From Deltaproteobacteria bacterium (lineage in GTDB: Bacteria; Bdellovibrionota_B; Oligoflexia; Oligoflexales; Bog-1112), in contig CANIBL010000008.1 of assembly GCA_947466225.1 (NCBI GenBank), forward strand, positions 1,779 through 65,778: DNA of 64,000 bases, in the 5' to 3' direction. The notes under the pieces are model-generated. The model was not told the DNA's origin. It made no database searches and saw only the letters and a list, made by a program, of their open reading frames with translations. Below are positions 1-10,012 of the stretch, piece by piece (position 1 is the first letter of the stretch; each line of letters begins with the position of its first letter). A program made the translations under genes and the position numbers.

Positions 1-1
1 T

Positions 2-1726
2 CGAACCGATACTTGGGAACAAGATCCGACAGAAATCATCAATGCCAATATCTGTCTACAAGATTTCTTGGTAACCCCTTCTAGCGGAGTCTTTTATACT
101 GGTTCTACCTGTAACGCTACAGCTGGTAGTAACAATAGTGGATACTTTCGCTATATTTCTCCTGGCAATACCAACATTCTCGAAATTGCCCGAGGCTGGT
201 GGAACTATACGTACAACGCTCGGGTAAAAGCTACATCCGACACATCTACTTCTGATTCTGCGGTTTTCTTTGGGCCTGATCCGACAGATTCTACTTCTGC
301 CTCTTGGAATACCGCATGTCTTTTTAACTTTGACCCGACTGGTACGACGCCTCAAGCTCGTATTTCTAAGGTTATTACCTGTGGGAATAACATTTGGGAT
401 TGGATGGAACTACGCAGAGCCGAAGACGTCGCAGCTGTTGCGGATGGTGGATTGGGATTTGGATATGGCTTCAATAATTACACGGGTACAGACCAAAATT
501 TCACACCATCAGCTGCATGGAGAACCGAATACCAACGACGATGTGAAACTTCCGATGAAGTCTTTGCAGGAGGGGGAAGTCAAATCAGCCAAATTCAACA
601 ATCCTCCACCGGTGATATTTATGTAATCGGTAACATTCGGAAAAAAGTCGGAGGATCCTTATCCTGTGATTTGGAAATCCGGGGCCCGTATTGCAAATTG
701 AATGGCGTCCCCATTTTATCTGGTAGCAGCACCGTCGATAATTCCACTGTTGCGGTTACTTCTTCTACTACTTGTACCATTGTGGGGGGAACCTGGGTAG
801 ACAACGGTATGTGTGATTGGGGTAATGTGGATAATATTAATGCTTGTTTGGGCACGCAAAACACATGGAGCGGATCTGCCTGTACAGATAACAGCACAAG
901 CCCGGCAACGCCTCTACCGCAATTCACCAGCTCCTCTGATTGTGTAAATACCGGAAACAGCCGTCGATGGAACTGGGGCAACGACTCTTATCGAAATGTC
1001 ACGAACGAATTTTGCTTGGCAGCAGAGACGGGATCCAAACTAAGTTTCCGCAAATGGGATGATGCTTCCAACCACTTTACCAAAACACCAAGTAGCGGAA
1101 ATACCGTGTACAATACGAGTACCTATGCAAGCAAATTTATTATCAACAACTTTTCTTGTACAGCAGATTCCACATCAGGCGCCTCTTCTGGAGGGGATCC
1201 TTGGACCCAAGAGTTTCAAGCGTTGGCAAAAGTAGATGCAACGAAAAAAACACTTTCTCTTTTATCCAAAAAGACCGAACAAGCCATCAATCTATGGGTG
1301 ATTCAAGATGTGCCCTACTATTCTTCTTATGATAACTCTCTCGGGCAATACTTGTTGAACAAAGTGGTCGCAGCGCCTGCTCTTTGCGTGGATACTTCAA
1401 TCGATGCATCGAGTGATTGTACTGGAGCAGGGAAAAGTTGGGATGCTAGCTATCGAGGATGTCTCCTAGCTACCCATACGGCACAATCTACTTGTGAAAC
1501 AGCCGGATTTTCTTGGGTGGTGAATGCACCCAAGATTGGGTTGTCGGGATTTGAAACCTATGCGTTGTCGCAAAGTACAAAGGACGGAAATCTTTTGGTG
1601 AACGGGCTCGACTTCTCTAGTAATGCATACAAGTTTGGTAACGTAGATCTCGAGACGGGCACCATTGCACTCGATACAGGTGTTACGGGGATTGTACAAA
1701 CGGTGGTGATTTTTAATAAGAAGTAA
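2..1726 (+). CDS. Large secreted/surface Cys-, Ser-, Thr-, Asn-rich repeat protein, 5-prime truncated by window edge
   Basis: Reading frame is open from nt 2 (no stop before the listed ATG at 68), so the gene starts upstream of the window. No TM segments. Repeated Cys-bracketed modules with conserved G..W (CTIVGGTWVDNGMC, CLGTQNTWSGSAC, CTGAGKSWDASYRGC). No family recognised. Confidence 0.6.
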   Translation, partial: RTDTWEQDPTEIINANICLQDFLVTPSSGVFYTGSTCNATAGSNNSGYFRYISPGNTNILEIARGWWNYTYNARVKATSDTSTSDSAVFFGPDPTDSTSASWNTACLFNFDPTGTTPQARISKVITCGNNIWDWMELRRAEDVAAVADGGLGFGYGFNNYTGTDQNFTPSAAWRTEYQRRCETSDEVFAGGGSQISQIQQSSTGDIYVIGNIRKKVGGSLSCDLEIRGPYCKLNGVPILSGSSTVDNSTVAVTSSTTCTIVGGTWVDNGMCDWGNVDNINACLGTQNTWSGSACTDNSTSPATPLPQFTSSSDCVNTGNSRRWNWGNDSYRNVTNEFCLAAETGSKLSFRKWDDASNHFTKTPSSGNTVYNTSTYASKFIINNFSCTADSTSGASSGGDPWTQEFQALAKVDATKKTLSLLSKKTEQAINLWVIQDVPYYSSYDNSLGQYLLNKVVAAPALCVDTSIDASSDCTGAGKSWDASYRGCLLATHTAQSTCETAGFSWVVNAPKIGLSGFETYALSQSTKDGNLLVNGLDFSSNAYKFGNVDLETGTIALDTGVTGIVQTVVIFNKK

Positions 1727-1764
1727 GTTTTTTGGGGAGCCACCTGCCGAGTTTCGCCAACCCC
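1727..1764. repeat. Degenerate copy of REP-like palindromic element (family 1) between convergent genes
   Basis: ttttttggggagccacctgccgagtttcgccaacccc; core differs at about 4 of 19 positions from the GAACCAGCTGCGCAGTTTC consensus seen elsewhere in the window. Confidence 0.35.
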
Positions 1765-1782
1765 CTTCTTGTTGGGAGGATG

Positions 1783-2400
1783 TTACATCCCAAATGGATG
1801 CTGGGGATGAGTAAGAACGGTTGTGTCTCTCATCCCCTTCAGGGCTTTTGTATAAGCAAGCAGTACGTGTAAGGTAAAGTCGACACGACTTCGAATGTAG
1901 GTGTCCCTCTCATCTGCTGGCAGATTGAAATCTTGCAATTTCCCCTCTACGTCTCGGATCACTACTTGTTCTGGAATATAACAAATTCGATTGTTCTTGA
2001 AGCTACTGGTTCGAAGCTCGATAAGAGGGGCTAGCCCTCCCACTCCACTTGAAATACCAATTAACAAAGCGGGTTTGTGCGCCAGATCTTTTGGGCTACA
2101 AAACTGCAGAAAATTTTTCACCCCACCGGGGGTCATGCCATTCCATTCAGGGATAACAAAAACAAAGGCGTCGGCTCGTTGGAGTTGGGCGGAAAATGGT
2201 GCCCACTTTCCTTGAAGGGCAGAGCCAGCTTGGTATATAGATTCATCCCATAAGGGGAGGCTAACTTCAGTAGGACGAATTACCTCCGTTGTCAGAGACT
2301 CATGGGGAAAGAGTTGCTGCAATTGGTGGGCAATAAAGTGGGATACCCGCTCACTGTTCGAGGCAGTTCGGTTGCTACCACATAAAATGGCAATATGCAT
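1783..2400 (-). CDS. NAD(P)H-dependent FMN reductase family (flavodoxin-like) oxidoreductase
   Basis: Likely start is the ATG at 2400 (MHIAILCGSNRTASNS...), with GGAG about 11 nt upstream. IPEWNG motif typical of the FMN_red family. The 61 upstream codons of the listed ORF look non-coding. Confidence 0.7.
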   Translation of the reverse strand: MHIAILCGSNRTASNSERVSHFIAHQLQQLFPHESLTTEVIRPTEVSLPLWDESIYQAGSALQGKWAPFSAQLQRADAFVFVIPEWNGMTPGGVKNFLQFCSPKDLAHKPALLIGISSGVGGLAPLIELRTSSFKNNRICYIPEQVVIRDVEGKLQDFNLPADERDTYIRSRVDFTLHVLLAYTKALKGMRDTTVLTHPQHPFGM

Positions 2401-2643
2401 AACGGGGGGCTCCAGTAGGTGTAACGAGGGTGAACGAGTGTGTCCCCTTTTGCCATACAAAGTCGCTACCGTCATACCCAGTCCCGGCCTCAGCCATGTG
2501 GACATCCCCCTTGATTCTAGGAGATCCCCCGGCGCTCCCTTTCGGCCGCTGGGGATGACGGGCAGCACCGACATCTGTAGCAATGCGTACCATCAGGGAT
2601 CTAAGAATTATATAAGAACCAATCCATTTTGTGGTGGTGGTAC

Positions 2644-2671
2644 TTGACAGGGGGGGATGGATGTCTATGAT
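2644..2671 (+). promoter_or_regulatory. Sigma70-like promoter candidate for the phoU-like/pit pair
   Basis: TTGACA (2644-2649), 16-nt spacer, TATGAT (2666-2671), about 90 nt upstream of the ATG at 2762. Confidence 0.4.
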
Positions 2672-2761
2672 GGCCCTCTTTCTTGTGGCCTGGGGCCCAA
2701 ACCTGCTACGATGTGTGGACTCTCCCTACCCAAGATGCGGCCGTGCAACAAAGGAACTTAG

Positions 2762-3388
2762 ATGTTTAGTCGCTTGATTCCAAAAGAATTCGGTTTTTTC
2801 GACATGATGAACTCCATGAGCGCCATTATCACAGAGGCTGCCAGGGTGTTCCAAGCCTTAATCGAGCAACCGGCTCAACGAGAAACGCTCTCCCAGCAGC
2901 TCAAAGAGCTGGAGCATCAGGCTGATGCTGTGACGCACACCACCATTGAGATGCTGCATAAAGCCTTTATTACCCCATTAGATCGGGATGATATCTTCGA
3001 ATTGATCAAAGGCCTTGATTGCATCATCGACTTGATGGATGCCTGCGGACAACGGATGTTTCTCTACGACATTGGAGAGGCTCCCCAAGAGCTGAAAAAG
3101 ATGGCAGAGGTCACCTTGCGAGCGACCCAGCATGTGCAAACCGCCATAAAGGGCCTTGCCAACCTAAAAAACATGCAAGGTATTCGACAAGCTTGTATTT
3201 CTATCAACCAAGCCGAAAACGAAGCAGATCAAATTTTACGAACTGCGCTGGCCCAGCTGTTAACCTATGAGCCAGATATCCGCAAGGTTATAAAATTGAA
3301 GGAAATTTTTGAATTCACAGAGTCGGTTACCGATCGATGTGAAGATGTGGCGAGCCTGGTAGAAGGCATTCTTATGGATTATGCATAG
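2762..3388 (+). CDS. DUF47 / PhoU-like phosphate transport accessory protein
   Basis: About 208 aa, all-helical. N-terminus MFSRLIPKE..FF is typical of the DUF47 (YkaA-like) family. Sits immediately upstream of a PiT transporter, the conserved pairing. Confidence 0.8.
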   Translation: MFSRLIPKEFGFFDMMNSMSAIITEAARVFQALIEQPAQRETLSQQLKELEHQADAVTHTTIEMLHKAFITPLDRDDIFELIKGLDCIIDLMDACGQRMFLYDIGEAPQELKKMAEVTLRATQHVQTAIKGLANLKNMQGIRQACISINQAENEADQILRTALAQLLTYEPDIRKVIKLKEIFEFTESVTDRCEDVASLVEGILMDYA

Positions 3389-3412
3389 CCCTGCGACACA
3401 AAGGAAGACGGT

Positions 3413-4420
3413 ATGGATTCCAGCCTCTTATTCATTGCATTTGTTGTCGGTCTTGCCCTCATTTTTGACTTCATGAATGGGTTTCACGACGCGGCTAACT
3501 CTATTGCAACCATTGTATCCACGCGGGTATTGCGTCCCTTTCCCGCAGTAGCCTGGGCTGCTTTTTTTAACTTCATCGCTTTTCTCTTCTTTGGTCTTCA
3601 TGTCGCCAATACCTTAGGGAAAGGCATCATCGATCCTGCTGTTGTAGATCCCATGCTGATTGCCAGTGCCCTGATGGGGGCGATCATTTGGAATATCATC
3701 ACATGGTATTTTGGGATTCCCTCAAGCTCTTCCCATGCCTTAATTGGGGGGTTATGCGGCACCGCTATTATGAAAGCAGGCGTCAATAGCTTGGCCTTTC
3801 AAGGGCTTGCCAAAATTGGAGCCTCCATCGTACTGTCCCCTGTGCTCGGATTTATCCTCGCCTATATCTTGATGGTCATCATCATTCGACTGTTTTTCCA
3901 CTCTCCAGCCAACCGAGTCAATCTCTGGTTTCGTCGCATGCAGCTGGTCTCAGCTTCTCTCTACAGTTTGGGCCATGGAGGCAATGATGCGCAAAAAACC
4001 ATGGGAATTATCGCCATTTTGCTCTATTCTTCGGGTCACTTGAAGGGGGAGTTTTCCATCCCGCTATGGGTTGTGCTAGCTTGTCAGGGAGCAATGGGCT
4101 TGGGTACTCTCTTTGGGGGCTGGCGCATCGTAAAAACCATGGGCATGCGCATCACCGAGCTCAAGCCGGTCGGGGGATTTTGCGCAGAAACGGGCGGCGC
4201 GATCACCTTGTTTCTGGCGACTGCGATCGGAATTCCCGTTTCTACCACCCATACGATTACCGGATCGATCATGGGAGCCGGCGCTGTCACACGACTCTCC
4301 AGCGTACGATGGGGCATTGCCCGACGTATCGTATGGGCCTGGGTGTTGACCATTCCCGCAAGTGCTGCAATTTCCGCTCTGTGTGGGTGGGTGTTGCAAC
4401 GGGTGATGGCGAGCTTATAG
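3413..4420 (+). CDS. pit: Inorganic phosphate transporter, PiT family
   Basis: Polytopic membrane protein with the PiT signature GFHDAANSIAT near the N-terminus and the repeated GGNDAQK / THTITGSIMG motifs. Confidence 0.9.
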   Translation: MDSSLLFIAFVVGLALIFDFMNGFHDAANSIATIVSTRVLRPFPAVAWAAFFNFIAFLFFGLHVANTLGKGIIDPAVVDPMLIASALMGAIIWNIITWYFGIPSSSSHALIGGLCGTAIMKAGVNSLAFQGLAKIGASIVLSPVLGFILAYILMVIIIRLFFHSPANRVNLWFRRMQLVSASLYSLGHGGNDAQKTMGIIAILLYSSGHLKGEFSIPLWVVLACQGAMGLGTLFGGWRIVKTMGMRITELKPVGGFCAETGGAITLFLATAIGIPVSTTHTITGSIMGAGAVTRLSSVRWGIARRIVWAWVLTIPASAAISALCGWVLQRVMASL

Positions 4421-4436
4421 ATACCGCAGTGTGGAA

Positions 4437-4482
4437 GTTTTTTACTGGGGCACCAGCTGCACAGCTAGTGCCCCAGTAAAAA
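4437..4482. repeat. REP-like palindromic element (family 1), terminator-like hairpin after pit
   Basis: ttttttactggggcac / gtgccccagtaaaaaa is a perfect 16-bp stem around cagctgcacagcta. T-run on one side and A-run on the other, so it could terminate in both directions. Confidence 0.7.
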
Positions 4483-4511
4483 ACTTATTCTAGGCATATA
4501 AAGAGACTACG

Positions 4512-6416
4512 ATGATTCGCTTCCAGCATATTTCCAAATACTACGGCCAACGGGCCATTCTCACCGATGAGAGCTTTCATTTTCCCCAAGGCGAGCGCGT
4601 AGCGTTGGTCGGCGATAATGGAGCTGGTAAAACTACCCTGCTTAACATCCTGTCTGGCATTGAAACTCCAGACGGCGGGGATTTGATCCAACCCAAGGAT
4701 CTCGTCGTGGGTTTTTTGCCTCAGGAGCCAAATCCAAATCCGGAAGATACCGTACTCATGGAGTGCGAGAGCAGTGCGAAAAAAATCGTACAACTTCGAC
4801 ACCGCTTGGATCAACTTGTGCTCACGCTCGAGACAGATCATCGCCCTGAAATACTCCAGCAGTATGAAGAAACTGAGTCCACTTTCCGCTTGGCTGGTGG
4901 GTATGAGCTGCAAAGTCGCGCAGAGAAAATTCTACAGGGCCTTGGTTTCAAAGAAGAGACCTGGGACAAGTCTCCTTGCGATTTATCCGGGGGCTGGCGC
5001 ATGCGCCTTGAACTGGCGAAGCTTTTCTTGCAAGAGCCGGGTTTCTTGATTCTCGATGAACCGACCAACCACTTGGACTTACCGAGTCTGATCTGGATGG
5101 AGCGATACTTGGTACAATTTCCCGGTACCCTCGTATTCGTATCTCACGATCGCGAGCTTATCAACCGCTTGGCCACGAGTTTGTTGCACCTACAAGGCGG
5201 TAGAATTACCCACTATGTGGGCAACTATGACAAATTTGTAGCCCTACAAGCGCTACAAATTGCGCAAGCTGAGAGCCAGTTTGAACAGATGGAGAAGAAA
5301 AAAGCCCAGCTGCAGACTTTTGTGGATCGCTTCGGTGCTAAGGCATCCAAGGCATCCCAAGCTCAATCGAAGAGCCGGGTAATTGAGAAGCTCGATCAAG
5401 AACAAGCTACCTTGCGCGTCGGGGTCACGCAAAAGAAAATGCATTTGCTCTTGCCTACGCCACCCGCCAACGATCGTATTGTCTTACAAATCGAAGGAGG
5501 GCAAATCGGCTATGCACAACCTCTATGTACGCCTATTGAGGCTCTGATTGAGCGAGGACAAAAAGTTGCCATCGTTGGGGCGAACGGAGTGGGAAAATCC
5601 ACCCTTCTCAAAACCATTGGAAAGAAAATTCCTTCTCTTGGAGGCAAATTCCTCCTAAGCCAACGGTCTGTAATCGCCTACTTTGCCCAAGAGCAGCTGG
5701 ATGTATTGAATCCAGATGAAACCGTATTGGAGAATCTTCTATATCAAGCGCCCATCGGAGAACCCCTGGCGCGCCGTATTTTGGGAAGCCTGCTCTTCCA
5801 AGGCGGAGATGTATTCAAGAAAGTGGGCATTTTATCCGGGGGAGAAAAGAGCCGCGTTGGCCTGGCCTGTGTACTGGCCCAGCAAGCGAACTTGCTGCTT
5901 CTCGATGAACCGACCAACCACTTGGATATGGGCAGCATCGAACGATTGGCGGAGTCACTGCAAGCCTATACAGGCACCATGCTCGTGGTAAGTCACAACC
6001 GATTCTTTATTAACGCCCTTTGTTCTCATCTTCTCATCATCACCGGCGAAGGAGAATGTGTATTCTTTACCGGGACCATGGATGAGTATGAGGACTACTG
6101 TGAAAAAGAAGGGCGCACGTCTCTCTTTGCCTCAGACTCTAACGCTGAAAAGAAGGGGAAAACGGTACGCGCTGCTGCACAGCCAGTGACATCTACCGCC
6201 TCAGCAGCACAACGAAAGAAAGATCTTGTCAAAGTAGAGGAACAGATGCAGGAGTGGGAAAGGAAAGTGCAGCACTTACAGCGGGAGATGGAGTCTCTAG
6301 ATCCAAGTGACTACCAAGCGCTGGGTGCTATACAAACCACCATACAAGAAGCACGCCAGAAAATGACCAGCCTGGAACAAACCTGGCTGGAACTTTCTAC
6401 CCACCTAGATAGTTGA
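4512..6416 (+). CDS. ABC-F family ATPase (two ABC domains, no TM; Uup/YheS-like)
   Basis: Two Walker A motifs (GDNGAGKTT, GANGVGKST), two LSGG signatures (LSGGWRMR, LSGGEKSR), a charged linker and a C-terminal coiled coil. Confidence 0.9.
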   Translation: MIRFQHISKYYGQRAILTDESFHFPQGERVALVGDNGAGKTTLLNILSGIETPDGGDLIQPKDLVVGFLPQEPNPNPEDTVLMECESSAKKIVQLRHRLDQLVLTLETDHRPEILQQYEETESTFRLAGGYELQSRAEKILQGLGFKEETWDKSPCDLSGGWRMRLELAKLFLQEPGFLILDEPTNHLDLPSLIWMERYLVQFPGTLVFVSHDRELINRLATSLLHLQGGRITHYVGNYDKFVALQALQIAQAESQFEQMEKKKAQLQTFVDRFGAKASKASQAQSKSRVIEKLDQEQATLRVGVTQKKMHLLLPTPPANDRIVLQIEGGQIGYAQPLCTPIEALIERGQKVAIVGANGVGKSTLLKTIGKKIPSLGGKFLLSQRSVIAYFAQEQLDVLNPDETVLENLLYQAPIGEPLARRILGSLLFQGGDVFKKVGILSGGEKSRVGLACVLAQQANLLLLDEPTNHLDMGSIERLAESLQAYTGTMLVVSHNRFFINALCSHLLIITGEGECVFFTGTMDEYEDYCEKEGRTSLFASDSNAEKKGKTVRAAAQPVTSTASAAQRKKDLVKVEEQMQEWERKVQHLQREMESLDPSDYQALGAIQTTIQEARQKMTSLEQTWLELSTHLDS

Positions 6417-6424
6417 GAAAGTAG

Positions 6425-7381
6425 ATGGCTATGATGCAAGCACAATCGAACTCGAACCGTATATCCTTTGCCTCTTTTGCCTCTTCTTTCTTTTGGACTG
6501 CCATCGGAACTTTTTTGGCAGCTCTTTCCATTGAAGTCTTTTTGGTTCCCAATCAGATCATTGATGGCGGTGTCGTCGGTGTCTCCATTCTTCTCAGCAA
6601 ATGGCTGGGCCGAGAATGGCTGTATCCATTTGTGTTGATCTTAAATTTACCCTTTTTGGTGTTGGCCTATCGTAACATTGGAAAGCGTCTGGTCATCCAA
6701 ATGGCCATCGCCTTGGTGCTCTTTTCCCTCCTTGGTAGTTGGATTGCCCACTCCGAATGGGCCATTTTTCAACCGTATAAAGGGGATTTGCTCGAAGTCG
6801 TGGTCCTTGGAGGCTTGATTTTGGGACTGGGCGTGGGATTGGTCATCCGTGCAGGGGGCTGTTTGGATGGAACCGAAATCCTCGGCCTTCTCTGGAACCG
6901 CACACGAGGCTACTCTGTAGGGAGTGTGGTGTTAGCCAGTAACTTGGTTATTTTTGCTGCAGCCGGCCTGTGGTTTCAAGAATGGCATCCACCGGTCCAA
7001 TCCTTGATCACCTTCTTTATCGTGATTAAAATCATGGACATGGTGATCGTGGGATTGGATGAGATGAAATCTGTCATGATATTTTCCACACGACCCAAGG
7101 AAATTAGCGCAGATATTCTGAATGAATTGGGACTGGGTCTTACGGTTCTACATGGAAGTGGCGGCTACTCCGGAGAACCCCGTCAGGTACTGTATCTCAT
7201 CGCAGAGCGACTCCAGCTTATGGACATTAAGAGCATCGTCTATCAGCACGACCCTAGCGCTTTTATTGCCATTGAAAACCTCCATGAAGTGTCGAGCAAT
7301 GGCATGGTGTCCATCGCCCGGAAAGTCCCCACATCTCACAATCGACGGCCCCAGCTCAAGATCAAGAGGAATTCCCGATGA
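6425..7381 (+). CDS. YitT family membrane protein (DUF2179 C-terminal domain)
   Basis: Five to six TM helices with an IDGGVVGVSILL motif. The soluble C-terminal domain (LTVLHGSGGYSGE...AFIAIENLHEV) is typical of YitT/DUF2179. Confidence 0.75.
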   Translation: MAMMQAQSNSNRISFASFASSFFWTAIGTFLAALSIEVFLVPNQIIDGGVVGVSILLSKWLGREWLYPFVLILNLPFLVLAYRNIGKRLVIQMAIALVLFSLLGSWIAHSEWAIFQPYKGDLLEVVVLGGLILGLGVGLVIRAGGCLDGTEILGLLWNRTRGYSVGSVVLASNLVIFAAAGLWFQEWHPPVQSLITFFIVIKIMDMVIVGLDEMKSVMIFSTRPKEISADILNELGLGLTVLHGSGGYSGEPRQVLYLIAERLQLMDIKSIVYQHDPSAFIAIENLHEVSSNGMVSIARKVPTSHNRRPQLKIKRNSR

Positions 7382-7869
7382 GCGTTGAAATGAACCACAT
7401 TCTGTCCCAGTCTGTCACGCGTAACAATGGGACGGTCACCACCCTGCAAGAATTTGCTGGTAAATCTCTCCTCATCGTCAATACGGCCAGCCAGTGTGGA
7501 TATACGCCGCAATACAAAGGGCTAGAGACCTTGTACCAATTGTACAAGGACAAAGGCTTGGTGATCTTGGGTTTTCCCTGCAACCAGTTTGGAGGGCAGG
7601 AACCAGGTACGGAAGAGGAGATCGCAGAATTTTGTACAATCAATTACAAAATTTCTTTTCCCATTTTTGCAAAAATTAATGTGAATGGAAGTGAAGCACA
7701 TCCTTTGTTTGCGTACATAACGGCACAAGCACCCGGGTTGCTCGGTACCAAAAAGATCAAATGGAATTTTACCAAATTTTTTATTAGTAAAGATGGTGCA
7801 ATCATTCGTCGGTTTGCCCCACAAGATACACCAGAAAAAATCGAAAAAGAAATTCTCCCCTATTTATAG
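7378..7869 (+). CDS. Glutathione peroxidase (Cys-type)
   Basis: NTASQCGYTPQY and LGFPCNQFGGQEPG motifs, KWNFTKF near the C-terminus. ATGA overlap with the upstream gene. Confidence 0.9.
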   Translation: MSVEMNHILSQSVTRNNGTVTTLQEFAGKSLLIVNTASQCGYTPQYKGLETLYQLYKDKGLVILGFPCNQFGGQEPGTEEEIAEFCTINYKISFPIFAKINVNGSEAHPLFAYITAQAPGLLGTKKIKWNFTKFFISKDGAIIRRFAPQDTPEKIEKEILPYL

Positions 7870-7880
7870 AAGGCACCCAG

Positions 7881-8816
7881 ATGGTTACAACTGGCACCCG
7901 AGAAATTGCACCCAACCCCTGGTGGGGCGCATTTTTGAAAGTAATGGCCTGTGTCTTTTTCTCCATTACCAATACCCTTATTCGAGGAATCTCCTCTTTC
8001 CATCATGAAGGCGGGCCGTTACCCTTTTTTGAAGTCGCATTTCTGCAAAACGTGATCGGCATGATTTGGGTTGCCCCTTGGCTTACCCGAAATGTCTTCC
8101 AAAAAAGCTTCGACCAAAAAAACATTCATGGATTGCGAGTGGCACTTTCTGTCTTGGGTGTAAGCTTTTGGTATGCCACGCTTTCTCTGATGCCAGTAGC
8201 AGAATCTGTGGCTCTTTCCTTTACTGCGCCGATCTTTGCTTTACTTGGGGCTCGCCTATTTCTTCGAGAGAGATTGGGAGGACTTCGAGGCCTTGCTATC
8301 GCTGTAAGCTTTCTAGGTGCCCTTTGCATCTCTCAAGCCAAATCGAATACTTGGGGTGGATTTGATTCTTGGTATGTATGGCTTCCCCTGCTTTCGGCTG
8401 CTTTTTTTGCCGGGACCAAATTAACCGGACGTGTATTGGCCATGAGTGGAGAGTCTGCCCGAGAAATGAGCGCGATGTTGTATCTTTTTATGGTTCCAAT
8501 TTCTCTTTTACCTGCCCTATGGGTGTGGCGTACTCCAACGGCTACGGAGTTGTTGTGGATCGTTGGTTTGGGTACCTCTTCTGTGTTTGCGAACGTCTTG
8601 CTCGCCAAATCCTATGCCTATGCAGAAGTCTCTTTTCTCTCTCCCTTTGGGTTTGCCAAGTTCTTTTGTAGCTTGATCATTGCCTATTTCATGTTCCATG
8701 AGTATCCAAAGGATGGGTACACATGGGCTGGGTTCTTCTTTATTTTGGTTAGCATCTTTCTTCTTTCGTTGGAGCAGCGATACATGCCAGCGTATTTTTC
8801 ACGGAAACCGGCATGA
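7881..8816 (+). CDS. EamA/DMT family transporter
   Basis: About 10 TM helices with the two-fold EamA repeat organisation; no finer assignment possible. Confidence 0.65.
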   Translation: MVTTGTREIAPNPWWGAFLKVMACVFFSITNTLIRGISSFHHEGGPLPFFEVAFLQNVIGMIWVAPWLTRNVFQKSFDQKNIHGLRVALSVLGVSFWYATLSLMPVAESVALSFTAPIFALLGARLFLRERLGGLRGLAIAVSFLGALCISQAKSNTWGGFDSWYVWLPLLSAAFFAGTKLTGRVLAMSGESAREMSAMLYLFMVPISLLPALWVWRTPTATELLWIVGLGTSSVFANVLLAKSYAYAEVSFLSPFGFAKFFCSLIIAYFMFHEYPKDGYTWAGFFFILVSIFLLSLEQRYMPAYFSRKPA

Positions 8817-9877
8817 GCATCGAAGGGCAAAAAACCGTTGTGGTGGGGATGTCAGGGGGGGTGGATTCTTCCGTCTCGGCTCTCTTATTGAAGCAGCAAG
8901 GCTACCGGGTCATTGGCTTGTTTATGAAGAATTGGGATGAAACCGATCCCGTCACCGGCGCTTGTACCTCGGCAGAAGACTTTTCGGATGTGGAACAAGT
9001 CTGCACCCAACTAGATATTCCCTACTATGGGATCAATTTTGTCCAAGAGTATCGGGATCTGGTATTTACGGAATTTCTTCAAGAGATACGCTTAGGATTT
9101 ACCCCCAACCCCGATATTTTGTGCAACAAATGGATCAAATTCGATGTGTTCCTACAAAAGGCCAAAGAAGTCGGCGCTGATTATATTGCCACCGGTCATT
9201 ACTGCCAAACGGATGGGACTCATCTGATCAAAGGTAAAGATCCTTTGAAGGACCAGTCCTACTTTCTACATGCCATTTCGGGACATACGCTGGAGAAGGT
9301 GCTGTTTCCCATTGGAGGTATGGAGAAAACACAAGTGCGGCGATTGGCACAAGAGCATCAGTTACCAGTCTTTAATAAGAAGGACAGTACGGGGATTTGT
9401 TTCATCGGCGAGCGAAATTTCACAAAATTTCTCAGCCAGTACATCCCCATGGAATCCGGGGAGTTTCGTACCTTGGATGAAACCGTAGTGGGCAAGCACT
9501 GTGGCGCTTGCTTTTACACCTTGGGGCAACGGCGTCATCTGGGATTGGGAGGGCCGGGTCCTCGATGGTTTGTGATTGCCAAGGATATAACGCGCAATGT
9601 CGTCTATGTAGAGAGAGGCGAGCATCCCGCGCTCTTTTCTTCTACGCTGTCTGCTGATCGCATCACATGGATCGCAGGTACCCCCCCCGTTTTTCCGTTA
9701 CAGTGCAAAGCCAAAATTCGCTATCGACAGGCCGACCAAGCTTGTACGGTAACGATGGGAGAGGCGGGACTGATACATGTCAGGTTTGATGTGCCCCAAC
9801 GCGCCATTACACCAGGGCAAGCAGTGGTTTTCTACCAAGACCAGGTTTGTTTGGGTGGTGGGGTGATTGTTCCGTAG
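8813..9877 (+). CDS. mnmA: tRNA 2-thiouridine(34) synthase MnmA
   Basis: PP-loop VVVGMSGGVDSSVSA, CNKWIKF, ATGHY and DQSYFL motifs, 354 aa. ATGA overlap with the EamA gene. Confidence 0.92.
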   Translation: MSIEGQKTVVVGMSGGVDSSVSALLLKQQGYRVIGLFMKNWDETDPVTGACTSAEDFSDVEQVCTQLDIPYYGINFVQEYRDLVFTEFLQEIRLGFTPNPDILCNKWIKFDVFLQKAKEVGADYIATGHYCQTDGTHLIKGKDPLKDQSYFLHAISGHTLEKVLFPIGGMEKTQVRRLAQEHQLPVFNKKDSTGICFIGERNFTKFLSQYIPMESGEFRTLDETVVGKHCGACFYTLGQRRHLGLGGPGPRWFVIAKDITRNVVYVERGEHPALFSSTLSADRITWIAGTPPVFPLQCKAKIRYRQADQACTVTMGEAGLIHVRFDVPQRAITPGQAVVFYQDQVCLGGGVIVP

Positions 9878-9920
9878 TTTTTTTTCTTAGCGGAAACTGC
9901 GCGGCTGATTCCGCTAAAAA
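9878..9920. repeat. REP-like palindromic element (family 1) after mnmA
   Basis: tttttttcttagcggaaactgcgcggctgattccgctaaaaa; core GGAAACTGCGCGGCTGATTCC, in the opposite orientation to the copy at 4437. Confidence 0.65.
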
Positions 9921-10012
9921 GACCTCCGCCCCCCGCCCCCAGATCACCATCCCCCCCCAAGTTGGTGTACGCTAGAGGGGAGTCATTCCCAAAAATCAGT
10001 AGGAGTTTTCGC

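Noticed and set aside
2401-2583. N-terminal 61-codon extension of the FMN reductase ORF (and similar extensions at 9962, 22923, 23645, 27429, 28520, 33484-33543, 35442, 40922 and 58042-58137).
   Set aside because: Internal ATGs coincide with conserved family N-termini, RBS-like sequences or ATGA/TAATG stop-start overlaps. The extensions overlap upstream genes or lack family similarity.
7480-7500. Possible selenocysteine in the glutathione peroxidase active site.
   Set aside because: The catalytic codon is TGT (Cys) in ASQCGY. There is no in-frame TGA and no SECIS-like hairpin.
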